A DNA stretch of 63,899 nucleotides, the filler included, from Octopus bimaculoides (lineage: Eukaryota), in NCBI RefSeq assembly GCF_001194135.2. It is 4 parts of 4 records of this genome, joined end to end, with 100 filler letters (N's around TTAATTAATTAA, not from the genome) between each part and the next. Parts side by side here need not be neighbours in the genome. Positions count along the whole stretch, not along the records: positions 22,717 to 48,412 come from NC_068998.1; positions 48,513 to 61,867 come from NC_068987.1; 2 more parts are not named here. The stretch is one strand, 5' to 3'. Every line of letters begins with the position of its first letter. The stretch's first letter is position 1. This document shows, piece after piece, positions 38,678 to 52,379 of this stretch. A program made the translations under genes and the position numbers. The notes under the pieces were generated by a model. The model searched no databases. It had not been told where the DNA came from and worked only from the letters and a program-made list of their open reading frames with translations.

Positions 38678-41439
38678 CCTTCATCAGTATTTTGTCCTAG
38701 CTTCTTTATCAAAACCACTTTATATTTATACACTGTTTCGTATCAAGACCAAGTAAGATTGCTAAATGTATCTTATACGGTGCAAGCTGCTTTCTCTTAT
38801 CACTAACTCTATTTAATATACATCTACATAACAAAACATTGGACAGTCTTTGAGAAACCCTTTTGTTTGAGAGGTGGCGGGGGGTGGGGTAATAAACAAC
38901 AAAAAGAAAACTGAAGAAATGAATAAGTAAATGACCTTCATCTTGTGCAGCCAGGGATGATCCTTACTATAAAAAAATAGGATATCCAGGACCAGGAAAT
39001 ATTTGGTCATAGTTTAAAAAAAAAACAACAAAAAAGACTGACCCCCTCCCCACTATCCCTTTTTACAACACAATACATGACAGTAAATGAAATGATGAAG
39101 GATCCTCTAAGCAGTCACTTAGTCTGTTAGAAATAGTAGCCAAATTTCTCTCAAATGACACCCTACTGTTTTAAAAATGACAACTCAGAACTACATTGTG
39201 TATTATAGTCCTAGAGGAACAGTGCCTGGAAAAAGGTGGTGTGGTCATGGCTGGAATGCTTTTGTTCATTTTCTGCTTGATCAGAGAAACTTGGGATGAA
39301 GCAACAGCACCGACTTTAGTAGTACTATGTACTGTTGCTACCTGTATTACTGGTGCATGCTTTCGCACTTGCAATTGTTCAGTCAAGCAAAGAACCCTCT
39401 ATATGGTTTCTTAATCTGTAAGGAAATAGCAATTAATTTTAAATATAACAAAGAATTTAGTAAAATAACTTAGTTGTCATTCAGCTAGTGTTAGAAACAT
39501 AAATTGTGACTAAGGTTTGGTGGAAGATTTTAATTCAAAACTTATGAAAACAAGACATTTATACTACAGAGCCAGACGCATTTTCAGCCGAGTTGATGTC
39601 GAAAGGGTTAAGAATTATTTCGATATCATATATTTAAAAAAAAAAAAAAACGGAAGAAGGACACATGAATTCTAGATGTAGAATATCTTCAAAATGATAG
39701 AATTATCACTGCTAGAAAAGGTCAAAGGTCTGCTCATTCCTAACTAACTTGAGGTTAAATAACAACATAACACTGTTGTTTAAAGGAAAGAGCTTTCTGT
39801 ACTGAAAAACATGTCCAAGCATGCACTCACAGAAACACTCACAGACATATATTCTCTCTTGCACAGACGTTCACTTCTAGTGTTGTTTTGCATTAGTGTT
39901 GTTTTACAGTCTATTTCTACACTGGACACCTCATTTCCTAAATTAATTCATGTAATATGATCTGATTTCTGGTACCTGGAATATCTCTGGCTTTCTTTAT
40001 CTATAAAAGCCCTTTCTTGTCTCCTTTTGGATACTTAAAATTTCCATTTCTATTCTGTACACAATTTTCCAACCCCTCCTGGGACTTTTGATTGCCCAGC
40101 TGTCCAATAACTGTCCAAGTTCACATCCAAGAAAAGGCTACCTGTGTGTCATAAAGGAGCTGTGTGTCTCTTTCTCTCTCTCTTCTTTGTCTCTTTCACA
40201 TACGCATACAAATTTGGTCAGAGTAAGTGTTTTTATGTGTTTGTTTCTTAGTATTTATCTATGCGTTTATTTCTAGAGGTTCCATCCCATAAATTGGGGC
40301 TTTAATAACTTGCTTTATAAACATTTACATAGGTTATGTCATTATTTATATCTGCTTGCTCAACTGTATTTCTTCTCGGAATGGAATTGAAGAATCGGAA
40401 CTGGAATTTGCTGAAACTAATAGACCAGGCTATTTTTTTTATTCTAAAATTAGTTAAGATCTTGTTTTTATAAGGGCTTTTTTTTTTTTTTTTTTTTTTT
40501 TTTTGGTTTTGGAAAATCAGTTGTCAGGGTTTGTTTATATATTTATTTAATTTTAGTTTTCTTTTTTTTTTGTTCTTTGAAAAAAAAAAAAAATTAGTTG
40601 TCAATTAATTTGGTCATTCCAAAAATATAAATAAGACATTTTGGGGTTGTTTTTTTGTCTGTTTGTTTAAATTATCCATTCCATCTGCCATAATGGAAGC
40701 TGATTCAATGTGGACATTGGATGAGAGAGCAGATGAATGAAAGAAAGAAAGAAAACAAAAGAAAAATTGAGAGAAAGGAGGAGAGAAATCAACAGGNNNN
40801 NNNNNNNNNNNNNNNNNNNNNNNNNNNNNNNNNNNNNNNNNNNNNNNNNNNNNNNNNNNNNNNNNNNNNNNNNNNNNNNNNNNNNNNNNNNNNNNNNNNN
40901 NNNNNNNNNNNNNNNNNNNNNNNNNNNNNNNNNNNNNNNNNNNNNNNNNNNNNNNNNNNNNNNNNNNNNNNNNNNNNNNNNNNNNNNNNNNNNNNNNNNN
41001 NNNNNNNNNNNNNNNNNNNNNNNNNNNNNNNNNNNNNNNNNNNNNNNNNNNNNNNNNNNNNNNNNNNNNNNNNNNNNNNNNNNNNNNNNNNNNNNNNNNN
41101 NNNNNNNNNNNNNNNNNNNNNNNNNNNNNNNNNNNNNNNNNNNNNNNNNNNNNNNNNNNNNNNNNNNNNNNNNNNNNNNNNNNNNNNNNNNNNNNNNNNN
41201 NNNNNNNNNNNNNNNNNNNNNNNNNNNNNNNNNNNNNNNNNNNNNNNNNNNNNNNNNNNNNNNNNNNNNNNNNNNNNNNNNNNNNNNNNNNNNNNNNNNN
41301 NNNNNNNNNNNNNNNNNNNNNNNNNNNNNNNNNNNNNNNNNNNNNNNNNNNNNTATATATATATATATATGTGTGTGTGTGAGTGTGTGTCCATGTATAT
41401 GTATACATATGGAGACACACACGCAAACACACATGTATA

Positions 41440-41610
41440 ATCATCAACATTTAACATCTGTTTTCCATGCTGGCATGGGTTGGATAGCTTGACAAAACTG
41501 GCAAGGCCAGGGGTAACACCGGGTTCCACAGTCTGTTTTGGTTTGGTTTCTACAGCTGGATGCCCTTCAATATGCCAACCACTCCAGAGTGTACTGGGTG
41601 CTTTTTACAT
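41440..41610 (-). mobile_element. RTE-associated 3' end fragment
   Basis: Reverse complement of the 27325 family. Confidence 0.7.
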
Positions 41611-42144
41611 AGAGCCTTGGTTTTAGTGTATATAAATATATATATAGAAACATATAGACACTTATAGACATATTTACACACAGACTCACATGTATGTATG
41701 TATATGTAAATTATTTCAAGTCCTCTTCCTGAAATCTGTGTTTCCTGTGAGTGGAGTTGGTCTACTGACATGACATCCTCTCAGCAGGTGAGAGGTATGG
41801 GTGTAAGAAGACCAATTCTACTGACCAGAACCTCAAAATATCAGCATCTTGACTGATTTTCATAATAATTATTAATGTTCTGCTTCTCAGTATTAAGTAC
41901 TCCTTTCCCAGATCATTACCAATAACATTTCATATATATAAATATACATATATGTGTGTGTGTGTGTATATATATATGATATCTATATATTTGTTATTTA
42001 TATATATCATATAGATTATATACGTATATATGATGCACTTTCCCATCAAAGACAACAAATGAGCATTCAGCTTTTGCCGAACAACTGGCACAAATAATTT
42101 GTTTATAGTGATCAAATGTATGTGGTGCACATTAGCTCGGTCGC

Positions 42145-42320
42145 TCCATCAAATAGATGGAGCCTGAACAGGTGCACAGTGTCCCATGCATCAGGTGTCA
42201 AACTGATCACAGAGCAACATGGGATGAGGTGTTTTTGCTCAAAAACACAATGTATCGCCTGGCCTAGGAATTGAAACCGCAATCTTGCGATTGTGAGTAC
42301 AACACCCTAATCACTAGGTC
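42145..42320 (-). mobile_element. Family-4-like SINE
   Basis: ttttgctcaaaaacacaa..ggaattgaaacc..ctaatcact. Confidence 0.65.
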
Positions 42321-42357
42321 ATTTTTCTTCACACACACATACACACACATATATATA

Positions 42358-42457
<100 letters not shown>

Positions 42458-43375
42458 TAAATACATACATACATACATATATATGTATATTGGTGTAGGC
42501 ATAATAAACTTGTGAAGTTGACTTCGCAATCACATGCTTTCAGTTCTGTCCACAGTGTGGCACCTTGGACAAATGTCTTCTAAAGATCTGGTTTGACCAA
42601 TGTCGTGTGTATACATCTGGTAGACAAACTAAAAGCAACCCATCCGTCATATATGTTTGTGTGCATGTATGTATTATGTATATATGTGTGTGTTTCCTTA
42701 TGTCACCTTGTCCTTGACATTGTGTGTTAGCTGTAAGCAAGTGTTACTGTCACACAAATGACGTCTGTCTAATCCAGCTTAACAAGAGATCTATAAGGAA
42801 CACTGAATTATAGATTTAATAGTTATTATAGATTCAATACTAAGTTAACATGCATGTTTTCAATTTGCTTGCTTCTGCTAGAAATGACATAGATTCAAAT
42901 GTCACAGATTCTAACAACTAAACAATCTGCTGACTAATAAGAAACTGCATTATAAGCAAACAAGTAACCACGTAGTGCCATTAACACCAACATTACTAAT
43001 GTGAGTATTGCTAAGCATGGCCTTGTTAACACTCAGACCGTTTGTACCAACATCAGTTTTAACTAGTAACACCTTCAATAACACCCGTGTGTAGAGGAGA
43101 GCCTTTACGCAGTCATTTGACATGTTAGAAATAACAGCCAAAATATAACTTTAATCACGCAGTTTAATGTCCTGTGAAGAAAGGACACATTAGATGCGTG
43201 GGCCCTGAAACAGGGGGTGCAAGCACACTGTCTAACATATTTTGTGGGTGCAAAATCTAAATTTGAACCCTCAAGTACTTTTCTCGGGTTTAGAAAACAG
43301 CACATAAAATGTGATCTGTAAAAGGGATCTTGATGTGAAGTTTCTTCTCAAAGAACAAAAATAAATTTCAAAGAA

Positions 43376-43418
<43 letters not shown>

Positions 43419-45339
43419 CTTTCATGCTTTCGGGGGTCAGTTAAATAAGTGCCACTTGAACACTGGTATCTGTGTAATTGACTCATCCCCTTCCCCAAGA
43501 CTGCTGCCCTTGTGGCAAAATTTGAAGCCATTATTATTATTATTATTATTATTTGCACATATTTAATTTTTTTTTTAATCCTTTTCTCTGCTGTACAATT
43601 CAATTCTGAAAAATGTAAAAGCCCCAACTTAATACTTCTCATTTCAGCCATGAGAGGATTAAAGGTATAATTAAGATATTTGGTTATTTGGGGTTCAGTT
43701 TTTAATTTATACTTATATATTTACTCTTTCTTTCTTTCATTCTTTGGGTTTCTGGAATATTCCACTCTGCAGTCGTTGAATTACATATTTCTTCTTTTTT
43801 TCTTTCTTTTATTCATTTTCTTTTTTCTTTTCATTTTTTTAAACTTTTACTTTCACACATGTTTGTGTGAGTTTAATGGAGAGGTTTTTATTTCATTACA
43901 TTTTTATTGGATTAAGATTTTCATTTCTAATTTCTCTGTTGCTTTACCAATATGAAACAAGATCGTTGAAGCAGCAGATTGGCAGAGATTTCACTCAAAA
44001 TATGGTATTTTAGTTGTAGTTTTTTACAGTTCAAATCCCACCAGAGTTAGCTTTGCAATTTTTTGTCCTTTTGAGGAGTTGAAAATATGAAGTTCTATGG
44101 AAGATCAAAATGATAAGGTTACCATTATGATTTCATTTATCCTTGCAAGCCGACTTTAGTGTTTACTGACACAGCCAAGATCACTTTTAGTCAAAGAGGA
44201 CACTGAAATGGACTCACCCAGCTTAATTCACACAAAGTTCAAATCCCGGCAGAGTCAGTGTTACATGACATCACTCAGGGGTCCATCAACTAAAGCAGCA
44301 GTTGTCATTATTCTTTAGTCTCGTGTCAAGTCTGACCAAGAATGTTCCTGCTATGACTGTGCTACCATATTTTTAGACAACGTGTCGAATACTACATGAA
44401 GTGCTGTGAGTTAGAGTTCAAGCCTTAGGCCCTCTGAAAATATATTTCGTTACATCTCTCTATGTTACGATTAAAAAAACCTGCTGAGGTCAACTTGATC
44501 CTTCTGTGGTCAATTATATCAAATGTCCCTACAAAGTCGCCCTTCCAAAAAAAAAAAAAAGGGGGGGGGCAGGGGTGCATGCTAGAAATCAGTATTATTG
44601 GTAAAATTTTGATGAAATTTTGAACAAATTCCTTGATCTGTTATTAATTACTGAGTATTAATTTTTTGAGTTCAAATCCTGCCAGAGCTTGTTTTTCTCT
44701 TTCATATCCATGTGGTTAATAAATTAAGTACCATTGATATACTTAGCATCAAATCAATCAATTTTGCTTCTCACCTGAGAAGTCATTTTATGTTGCTGGC
44801 TTAAGAAATGATTATTAAATGTGATCCTTACTATGAAAAGATTTCATTGTTATTTAACTTTTTTTTAAAAATGATATTTTCTTTACTCTACATATTTGAT
44901 TTGAATTGTTTTATGTTCTTTTGTTATTCTTTTCTGTTGGATATCTTTAAAATTTTTCAATGTTAAATTTACTTTTTAACCTTCTGGTTTTAAAATGTTA
45001 TAGGTTTTTGTTTTGTTTGATTCACAGTTGAGACAAGTAGCTTGTGTCATAAATGACACATGATATATGGAATTGATTCAAAGACAGACACACACACACA
45101 CACACACACAATGCACACACACACACACAATGCACACACACACACACACACATGCACACACACACACATGCACTCACACATACATGTGTATGTATATATA
45201 TGAAAAGAGTAATGTAATTTTCTTGTGGTATTGCACTATGTAAAACTGATGTAAATACTTCTAAAACATTTGAGCAATGGTGGTGAGGAGTTATCTAAAG
45301 CATGTCAATGAGTGGAAGCAAAGATAATATTTGTGAAAC

Positions 45340-45830
45340 ATTAGCACACGTGCGAAATGCTTGGCAGTATTTCGTCTGTCTTTACGTTCTGAGTTCAAAT
45401 TCTGCCGAGGTCAACTTTGCCTTTCATCCTCTTGGGAGTCGATAAATTAAGTACCAGTTACCTACTGGGGTGGATCTAATCGACTGCCTTCCCCCCCAAA
45501 AAAAATTTCGGGCCTTGTGCCTAAAGTAGAAAAAAAAAAGAATATTTGTAAAATGTTAGCACACCTGGCGAAATGGTTAGCAGTATTTTGTTTGTCTTTA
45601 TGTTNNNNNNNNNNAGAAAAAAAAAAGAATATTTGTAAAATGTTAGCACACCTGGCGAAATGGTTAGCAGTATTTTGTTTGTCTTTATGTTCTGAGTTCA
45701 AATTCTGCTGAGGTTGACATTGCCTTTCTTCCTTTCGGGGTCGATAAATTAAGTACCAGTTGCATACTGGGGTCGATCTAATCGACTGGCTCCCTCCCCA
45801 AAGATTTCGGGCCTTGTGCCTAGAGTAGGA
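45340..45830 (+). mobile_element. Two tandem family-2 SINEs (part duplicated across a 10-N gap)
   Basis: Two family-2 bodies head to tail. Confidence 0.8.
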
Positions 45831-46099
45831 AAAAATATTTGTGATGTCAATGAACAAAAACAAAGATAATGATATTTGTATTAACTTACATAGATTACTT
45901 AATAACCCCTTAATATTTCGGTACAAATCTCCTATTCAAATAAGAGAAAGAAAATAATCAGAGTCTAGAGAATTTGTTGTTATTGGCAATCCACCTCAGT
46001 CTCATAAGGAATGAAATCACTTATACTCATGTAACCAGGTAGCACACAACAAGGGCACATATACGAGGCACTTTCGAAGCACATGTGCCACTCGAAACA

Positions 46100-46351
46100 T
46101 TGCATATGATCCATTGCCAGAATTCCTGGGCTTGTGGCAAAATTTGAAACCATTGCTATTATTATCACAAAGGTAGTGCGCTGGAGCAGTATTTCACCTG
46201 TCGCTCTGATCTGAGTTCAAATTCCACCGAGGTTGACTTAGCCTTTCATCCTTTCAGGGTTGATAAATTAAGTACCAGTTAAACACTGGAGTCGATTACA
46301 TCGACTCATCCCCTCCCCCAAAATGGCGGCCCTTGTGGCAAGATTTAAAGC

Positions 46352-46380
<29 letters not shown>
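46100..46380. mobile_element. Family-2 SINE (plus) preceded by a minus-strand tail fragment
   Basis: gagttcaaattccaccgaggttgac..aagtaccagtt, (ATT)n tail. Confidence 0.7.
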
Positions 46381-46387
<7 letters not shown>

Positions 46388-46747
46388 CTATATAATATGT
46401 ACAAGTATAACATTATATAAAAACAAGAGAGATTTTAAATATTGGTTCTATGTCTATTAATAACTTGATAAATATTTTTATGGTTTACTGTCTTAATATG
46501 GAATTTTCTCCCGTAGGGGAAAAAGAAATTAAATTTGTATTTTGTGTTGTGTTTTTCTTTCTAATTTGATTAATATTAATAAGTAATTAATAGAATATTA
46601 TCAGAAGAGTTTGATGTCAATTGATTTTGTTTATTGAACAATATTTTAATATCTCTTCTAATCTTGTATTTTATCTGTGTAGAATTACGTCAATTTTCAT
46701 AAATAATTAAATAAAACTGTAAATATTTTATGCTTTCTTTCTGACAG

Positions 46748-46858
46748 ATTAACTTGGAAGATGATGCAACAAGCGGAGACCTTGGACTTGGGGAAAGTAA
46801 CCACCACCAGTTAAGCCTGCGCATCAATCTGCCCGGTTCCCATGGTGACCAAGTCTAA
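46748..46858 (+). CDS. SLC9A6/7/9: Distal terminal exon: INLEDDATSGDLGLGESNHHQLSLRINLPGSHGDQV*
   Basis: Acceptor tgctttctttctgacag|, phase 0, TAA at 46856-46858. GDLGLG matches the motif near the C-terminus of NHE9 (recalled). Confidence 0.85.
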   Translation: MNLEDDATSGDLGLGESNHHQLSLRINLPGSHGDQV

Positions 46859-47533
46859 TTTAAACCCTTTTCTTTCTACACACATGCACACACACACACA
46901 CACGCACATACGCACACACAAACACCCACACATGAACACATAAGCAAAAGAAAAACAAAAAAAGGAAAAACTACAACTGCCAGCTAATTCCTCCCTCTCT
47001 CTTTCTCTCACTCAATATAATTGTTCCTTAACTTGCAAAAACAAAAACAAAAAAAAGACAACAAAAATAAGAAAACCCCCAAAAGAAAATCACACCAATT
47101 ACTAATTAATTATTTACCATGTCATGGCAATAATGGCACATTTGGAAGTAGCAGCAGCAATTCCTTACCCACAGCCAGAAACTGTTTATATAATTGTTTT
47201 TGTTTGTTTTATTTTTATTATTATTTTTTTTTGTCTGTTTTGTCTACATTTTTGTTTGTCCATTATAATGGATGAAGAAAACGCATGAAAATGGAGGAGT
47301 ATATATGTGCGTGCATGTGTATGTGTGAGTTTGTGTGTGTGTGTGTGGAACAATTTCATTATCCATGAATATGTTTTCGTCCTAGTAACACTTTCCCTTC
47401 TCCTGCTTACTCATAAACTCATAAAATACTCATACTTCAATTTGTGTGTGTGTGTGTGTGTGTCTGTGTGTATACAAAACAAATATGAGTGTAACATGTA
47501 TAAAGATAAGAACACTCAATTGATAGAGTATAA

Positions 47534-47617
<84 letters not shown>

Positions 47618-47700
47618 ATATATATATATGTATATATGGGGAATAGATTTTCTTTTATGCATGTTTCATTAAATAAACAACTATGTTCAAATTTTATCAT
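46859..47700 (+). promoter_or_regulatory. Probable 3' UTR with polyadenylation signal
   Basis: AU-rich sequence after the stop; AATAAA at 47672-47677 followed by a U-rich tract. Later AATAAA sites near 48.76-48.79 kb are alternatives. Confidence 0.4.
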
Positions 47701-48365
47701 TTTTATTTTATTTTCTTTTCTTTACATATTTTATTAATTTTATTTACAGTTTTTCCTAAATTCATTTATGAGGTTTCTAGAATTTCAGTCGCATCACCAA
47801 GAATTGAAATGAAAATATCTAATGTTTGTGTTATTTCTTCAATCAGTGTATAAGGAACCAACACAGATGCTAGATATTTTCATTTCAGGTCTTGGTAATG
47901 AGTCTGTGAAGATCTTAAAAATTTGGATATGGATTTAGGAACTGTGAAATAGTAATAAGAAAATATGGAACCTATAAAATAAGCAAAAGTTAAATTGAAT
48001 ATAGTTGCACATTTAATGAAACATGAAGCATGCATACTTGTGTGTGTGTGTCTGTGTGTGAGACACTTGTTATTGAAGAATAATTTTGACTGTTGGGGAT
48101 ATATATCACTCACAAATGACTGATATATATGTATATTTTATTTATTTCTTAATTTGGGCAATCTGTTATGAAACATCAGAACGTTTTTGTTGCAATTATA
48201 CAATAAGGTCACCTGACAGTTCTACTGCATTTGAAGAACAACTGTCGGTGACCAGTTTCAATATATAGTCTCAGATCTAGTCAATTGACAAACAAGTGAA
48301 ACATATACACATATATGCTTGAGTGTGCGTGCATGTGAGTTTGTATATTTGTACATATGCATGTA

Positions 48366-48412
<47 letters not shown>

Positions 48413-48512
48413 NNNNNNNNNNNNNNNNNNNNNNNNNNNNNNNNNNNNNNNNNNNNTTAATTAATTAANNNNNNNNNNNNNNNNNNNNNNNNNNNNNNNN
48501 NNNNNNNNNNNN
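48413..48512. other. Scaffold join with TTAATTAATTAA linker (artefact)
   Basis: 44 N + 12 + 44 N. Confidence 0.9.
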
Positions 48513-49169
48513 TATATATATATACTTATACATATATAATACACACACACACACATATACACACAGGTATCGTGAAAATAAACTGCTTTTACTTTAGTGA
48601 AGCAAAATTCAATAATGTTGGCTTCTATGAAACAAGTGTTGTTGTTGTTGATGATGGTGATGATGATGATGATGTTGATATATATGTATATGCAAACCCA
48701 CATATATTTATATAGACATAACATAGATGTATATCTATGCATGTCCATATATTTGCATGGAAATAAATGTTAAAAGAAGTACAATAAAATACATATTAAT
48801 TAAAATAAGATTTAAGCTGAAGATATAAAACATGAAAGAGTTATGGCTGGTTGAGTTATGGCACACTATAATCTTGTTTACTTAACCACTCCTCAAACCC
48901 TGTGTGGGTTTGACTAAATGCACCAGGAAGCATTTTTGAAACATTTGATTTTGAAAAATACCAACATCTTGAAGGTATTCTCTTTTTAATTTTGTGAAAA
49001 TGTTTTAATTTTAATTTTAGTAGTAATCTATCTTTTTTGTGTTGTTTATATTCTGAATATATTCTGTTTTTGTGACATCATAGTGTTTTCACAAAGTCTA
49101 TGGCATCATAGAAGCATAATTTTGTAAATTAACTGCTTGTTTGATTTTTAAAGAATGGTGGGTCTCACC

Positions 49170-49560
49170 ACAGTTTGACTGAGTTGTGGTGCACTCATTG
49201 TTGAAACTTGGATCACAGACCTAGATTTTGCTAGGGATGCAGTTATACTTGCTGAGTTTCTGGATGTCTTAAGGAGTGCTGTCCTTTCACCAAATAAGGA
49301 AGCGGAACTACTTAGCCTTAGGGTGCTTAGCAAGATTGCTTGGCAGGAGTGCTTGACCAAGTTTGCTTGGCAAGAGATGAGTTTTGTTCTCTTTGGATAC
49401 CATCAGATTTTAGTTCAAAGATTTTAGTGCTGAACTCCTTAAATTCAAAAAGAAGGATGCGAATCTCAAGGACACTTGAGATAGTGTTCTAAGTGATGGC
49501 ATGATCTGCTTCAAGCCAATTGGACAATAAATAGAGTTTACTAAAAGAATGCATGTCTCA
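49170..49560 (+). mobile_element. Degenerate RTE-clade RT fragment
   Basis: ITDLDFARDAVILAEFLDVL..EAELLSLRV resembles the DLDFADD..LGLRV region of RTE RTs. Confidence 0.6.
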
Positions 49561-49664
49561 ACTGTGACTCACTCATGATAGTTAACTGATAATTCAGAAT
49601 AAGGAGTTCAAATCCAAGGATCCACTACACCTCCAAGCATTTGTTCTTTCAGCAAATTACTCAT

Positions 49665-50080
49665 CATCATCATCATCATCATCATCGTTTAACGTCCGCT
49701 TTCCATGCTAGCATGGGTTGGACGATTTGACTGAGGACTGGTGGACCAGGTGGCTACACCAGGCTCCAATCTGATTTGGAAGAGTTTCTACAGCTGGATG
49801 CCCTTCCTAACGCCAACCACTCCGAGAGTGTAGTGGGTGCTTTTACATGCCACCGGCACAAAGGCCAGTCAGGCAGTACTGGCAACGGCCACGCTCGAAA
49901 TGGTATTTTACGTGCCACCTGCAGAGGAGCCAGTCTTTTCACGTGCCAGGAAGGCAACGTTGGTAATGATCACGCTGGTGCTATTTATGTGCCACTGGCA
50001 CGGAAGCCAGACAGCTACTCTGGCAACGATCACGCTCGGACGGTGCCTTTAGTGCTCCACTGGTACAGGTGCCATCACGT
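49665..50080 (-). mobile_element. Long RTE-associated 3' fragment with (CAT)n tail and internal gcacg/tgccac repeats
   Basis: Reverse-complement match to 53690-53968. Confidence 0.85.
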
Positions 50081-50449
50081 GTATCAGAAATTTTATTTAA
50101 GAAAATGTTTGTGAAGGATATCATTCTGTTCTTCAAATCTATACTTGATATCATATGTGCATGTGTAACTTTTGTTTTTGTGGTTGATATTATCACTCGG
50201 TGTATTTAAACTTGTCATTAAAATTTTAAAGTTTTCTTTTGTCCATACTGACTATTATTAACATTTTGCATCGCAATTAAAATACTTGTTTTTTGTGTGT
50301 GAAATAATGTTATTTTATACATTTTCAATTTTATTTTTGTGAGTGAGGCATAAAACATTCATAGCTATGTCTTATATGTCGATGATGTGAAGCCTAAAAT
50401 GAACTTCGTCCATATATAACAACACAAAGATTATTTATTTATATTTCAG

Positions 50450-51048
50450 CTGTGATGGTTCTGGGAGTTGTGAGCAATGATGGAAATATCATACCTTCTC
50501 ACAGTTTTCACAGAGCTTAAGAGTCAATGCTGCTGTGCACACAGAAGTGTTGGAGAAAACTGTGAAGCCCTGGACAGACAGTACACAACTGAAGACTGTA
50601 CATCTTCCAATAAAACACTGCACCATCTCATATGGCTAAGACAACCCAAGTGTGGATGCATGCCAATCTCCATAATCATGTTCGCTCAGATACGTGGCCT
50701 CCTAGCTCACCAAACCCCAATTCACTGCACTAATACTTATGGGGCATAGTTGAGAGAGAGAGAGGGGGGTTAATCAAAACCCCATAATACCATACAATCT
50801 CTCAAGGCTGCCATAACCAGTACGATGTCCAAAATTGATAATGATCATCTGATTCAGGCATGTCAATGCTTCCAACTCCATTTTGAAGCAGCCATTGATG
50901 TTAACGGTGGATTTATTATTATATAGGTGTGATAAAAGGATTCTCAAGATTATTTGTGCCATTTTACTTTCAAATATAGCTTTTCTTTGATAAGCTTTGC
51001 ATTTTTTCTAAATTCATTCAAATGACCTCAAGAAACTGATGTACCCTA
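50450..51048 (+). mobile_element. Tc1/mariner relic with DD37D-type spacing
   Basis: VMVLGVVS..FQ*NTAPSH..WPPSSPNPNSLH*YLWG; 37 residues lie between the two degenerate catalytic D positions. Ends tacccta|ta. Confidence 0.8.
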
Positions 51049-51274
51049 TATTTCCACCCTCTTCAATATTTTCTTTCAGGTAGAGACCCTTCTTTCCATC
51101 ATTTTGGCACAGTAAGCTATAGACCAATTTTTAGCTTGATTTTTCAGCCTCTTCACAGTCCATGTTGTTTTTTCTTTCTCTCTCCAATACTTTGTCACTT
51201 CAGTCTTTACTTTTGGTTTGTTGACTTCCAAAAAGACAAAGAACAGTATTTTGCATAATTCATGTGTTGAAGCT

Positions 51275-51760
51275 ATTTGACTGCATTGGTTTGGGCACGT
51301 GATGCAGATGGATGCCAACAGCTCCATAATGTGCCGATATTTCAAAGGGGATGGAGCTTGTGGAAGAGGGAGACCCAGGAAAACATGGGACGAAATATTG
51401 AATGACAACCTCAAGACAGTGAACCTTTCAGACAAGATGACAAAGGACCGAGATACCTGGCAGCTTGCTGTACTCAAGAAGACCCATCCTTTGCAGGAGA
51501 AGTGTAAAGGCCACTCCCCATGTGCCATGTAAAAATCACTCATTCTGGTGCCATCTGAAAGCTGCCACATTAAAAGCACCAAACACACACAGTAAAGTGG
51601 TTGGCATTAGGAAATGCATCCAGCCATAAAAAACCAAGCCAAACCAGACTGGAACCTGGTGCAGCTCTCTGGCTTATCAGTTATGGTCAAACCATTAAAT
51701 CTATGCCAGCATAGAAAGCAGACGTTAAACGATGATGATGGTGGTGGTGGTGGTGATGAT
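51275..51760 (+). mobile_element. RTE-clade LINE 3' end (ORF C-terminus plus 3' UTR)
   Basis: LHWFGHVMQM..GRGRPRKTWDE..DRDTWQLAV, followed by the ...gacgttaaacgatgatg tail family. Confidence 0.85.
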
Positions 51761-52379
51761 GAAGAGGGGAGGAGGAGGAGATATTTTTTGTAATTCAACT
51801 GTGGATATTTTACAATAGTTTTCTTGTTGCATTAAACCTTTTCACCTGATATTCACAGGAATTATAACCTCATCAGATTTTTGGTAGGTTATTCAATTCT
51901 TGCCCCCTTTTTTTTTCTTCAGTATCCAGCTAGGAATAATTATAACTAGGACAGCTAGAGTATTGGTGACTATTCCCTTATTTTTTTTTTTACATTTAGA
52001 TCTGTTTTTAGTGTTAATCTAACTTGTCTAAAATATGCCTTCCTACTAAATATTTTTTTCCATTTTTATGTATGTTGTACTCCAGATTATTTATTCCTGA
52101 GTATTTGTAATCTGTGATTTACTGGATTCTTTTATCTCTGTCTTTGCATTTTTTGTCTAACATGATATAAGTATACTTAATTAAATTTCCTATCTTCAAA
52201 TATGCTTTAACACATTTTCCTAATCTCAATCTCACATCTACTCTTTTAGTAAATCCATGCGTTGTCTCTACCAGTGTTTCATACTATTATTATTGTTATT
52301 ACTGTTGAAGCAGTTGTTGATGTTGTTGTTGTCATCGTCATTGTTGTTGTTATTACTATTATTATTACTACTATCATTA

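Noticed and set aside
45528-45691. Identical 77-bp duplication on both sides of a 10-N gap
   Set aside because: Typical unmerged contig overlap; a similar case occurs around 38307-38392.
46836-46849. X-box-like GTTCCCATGGTGAC
   Set aside because: It lies inside coding sequence (SHGD) and is explained by codons.
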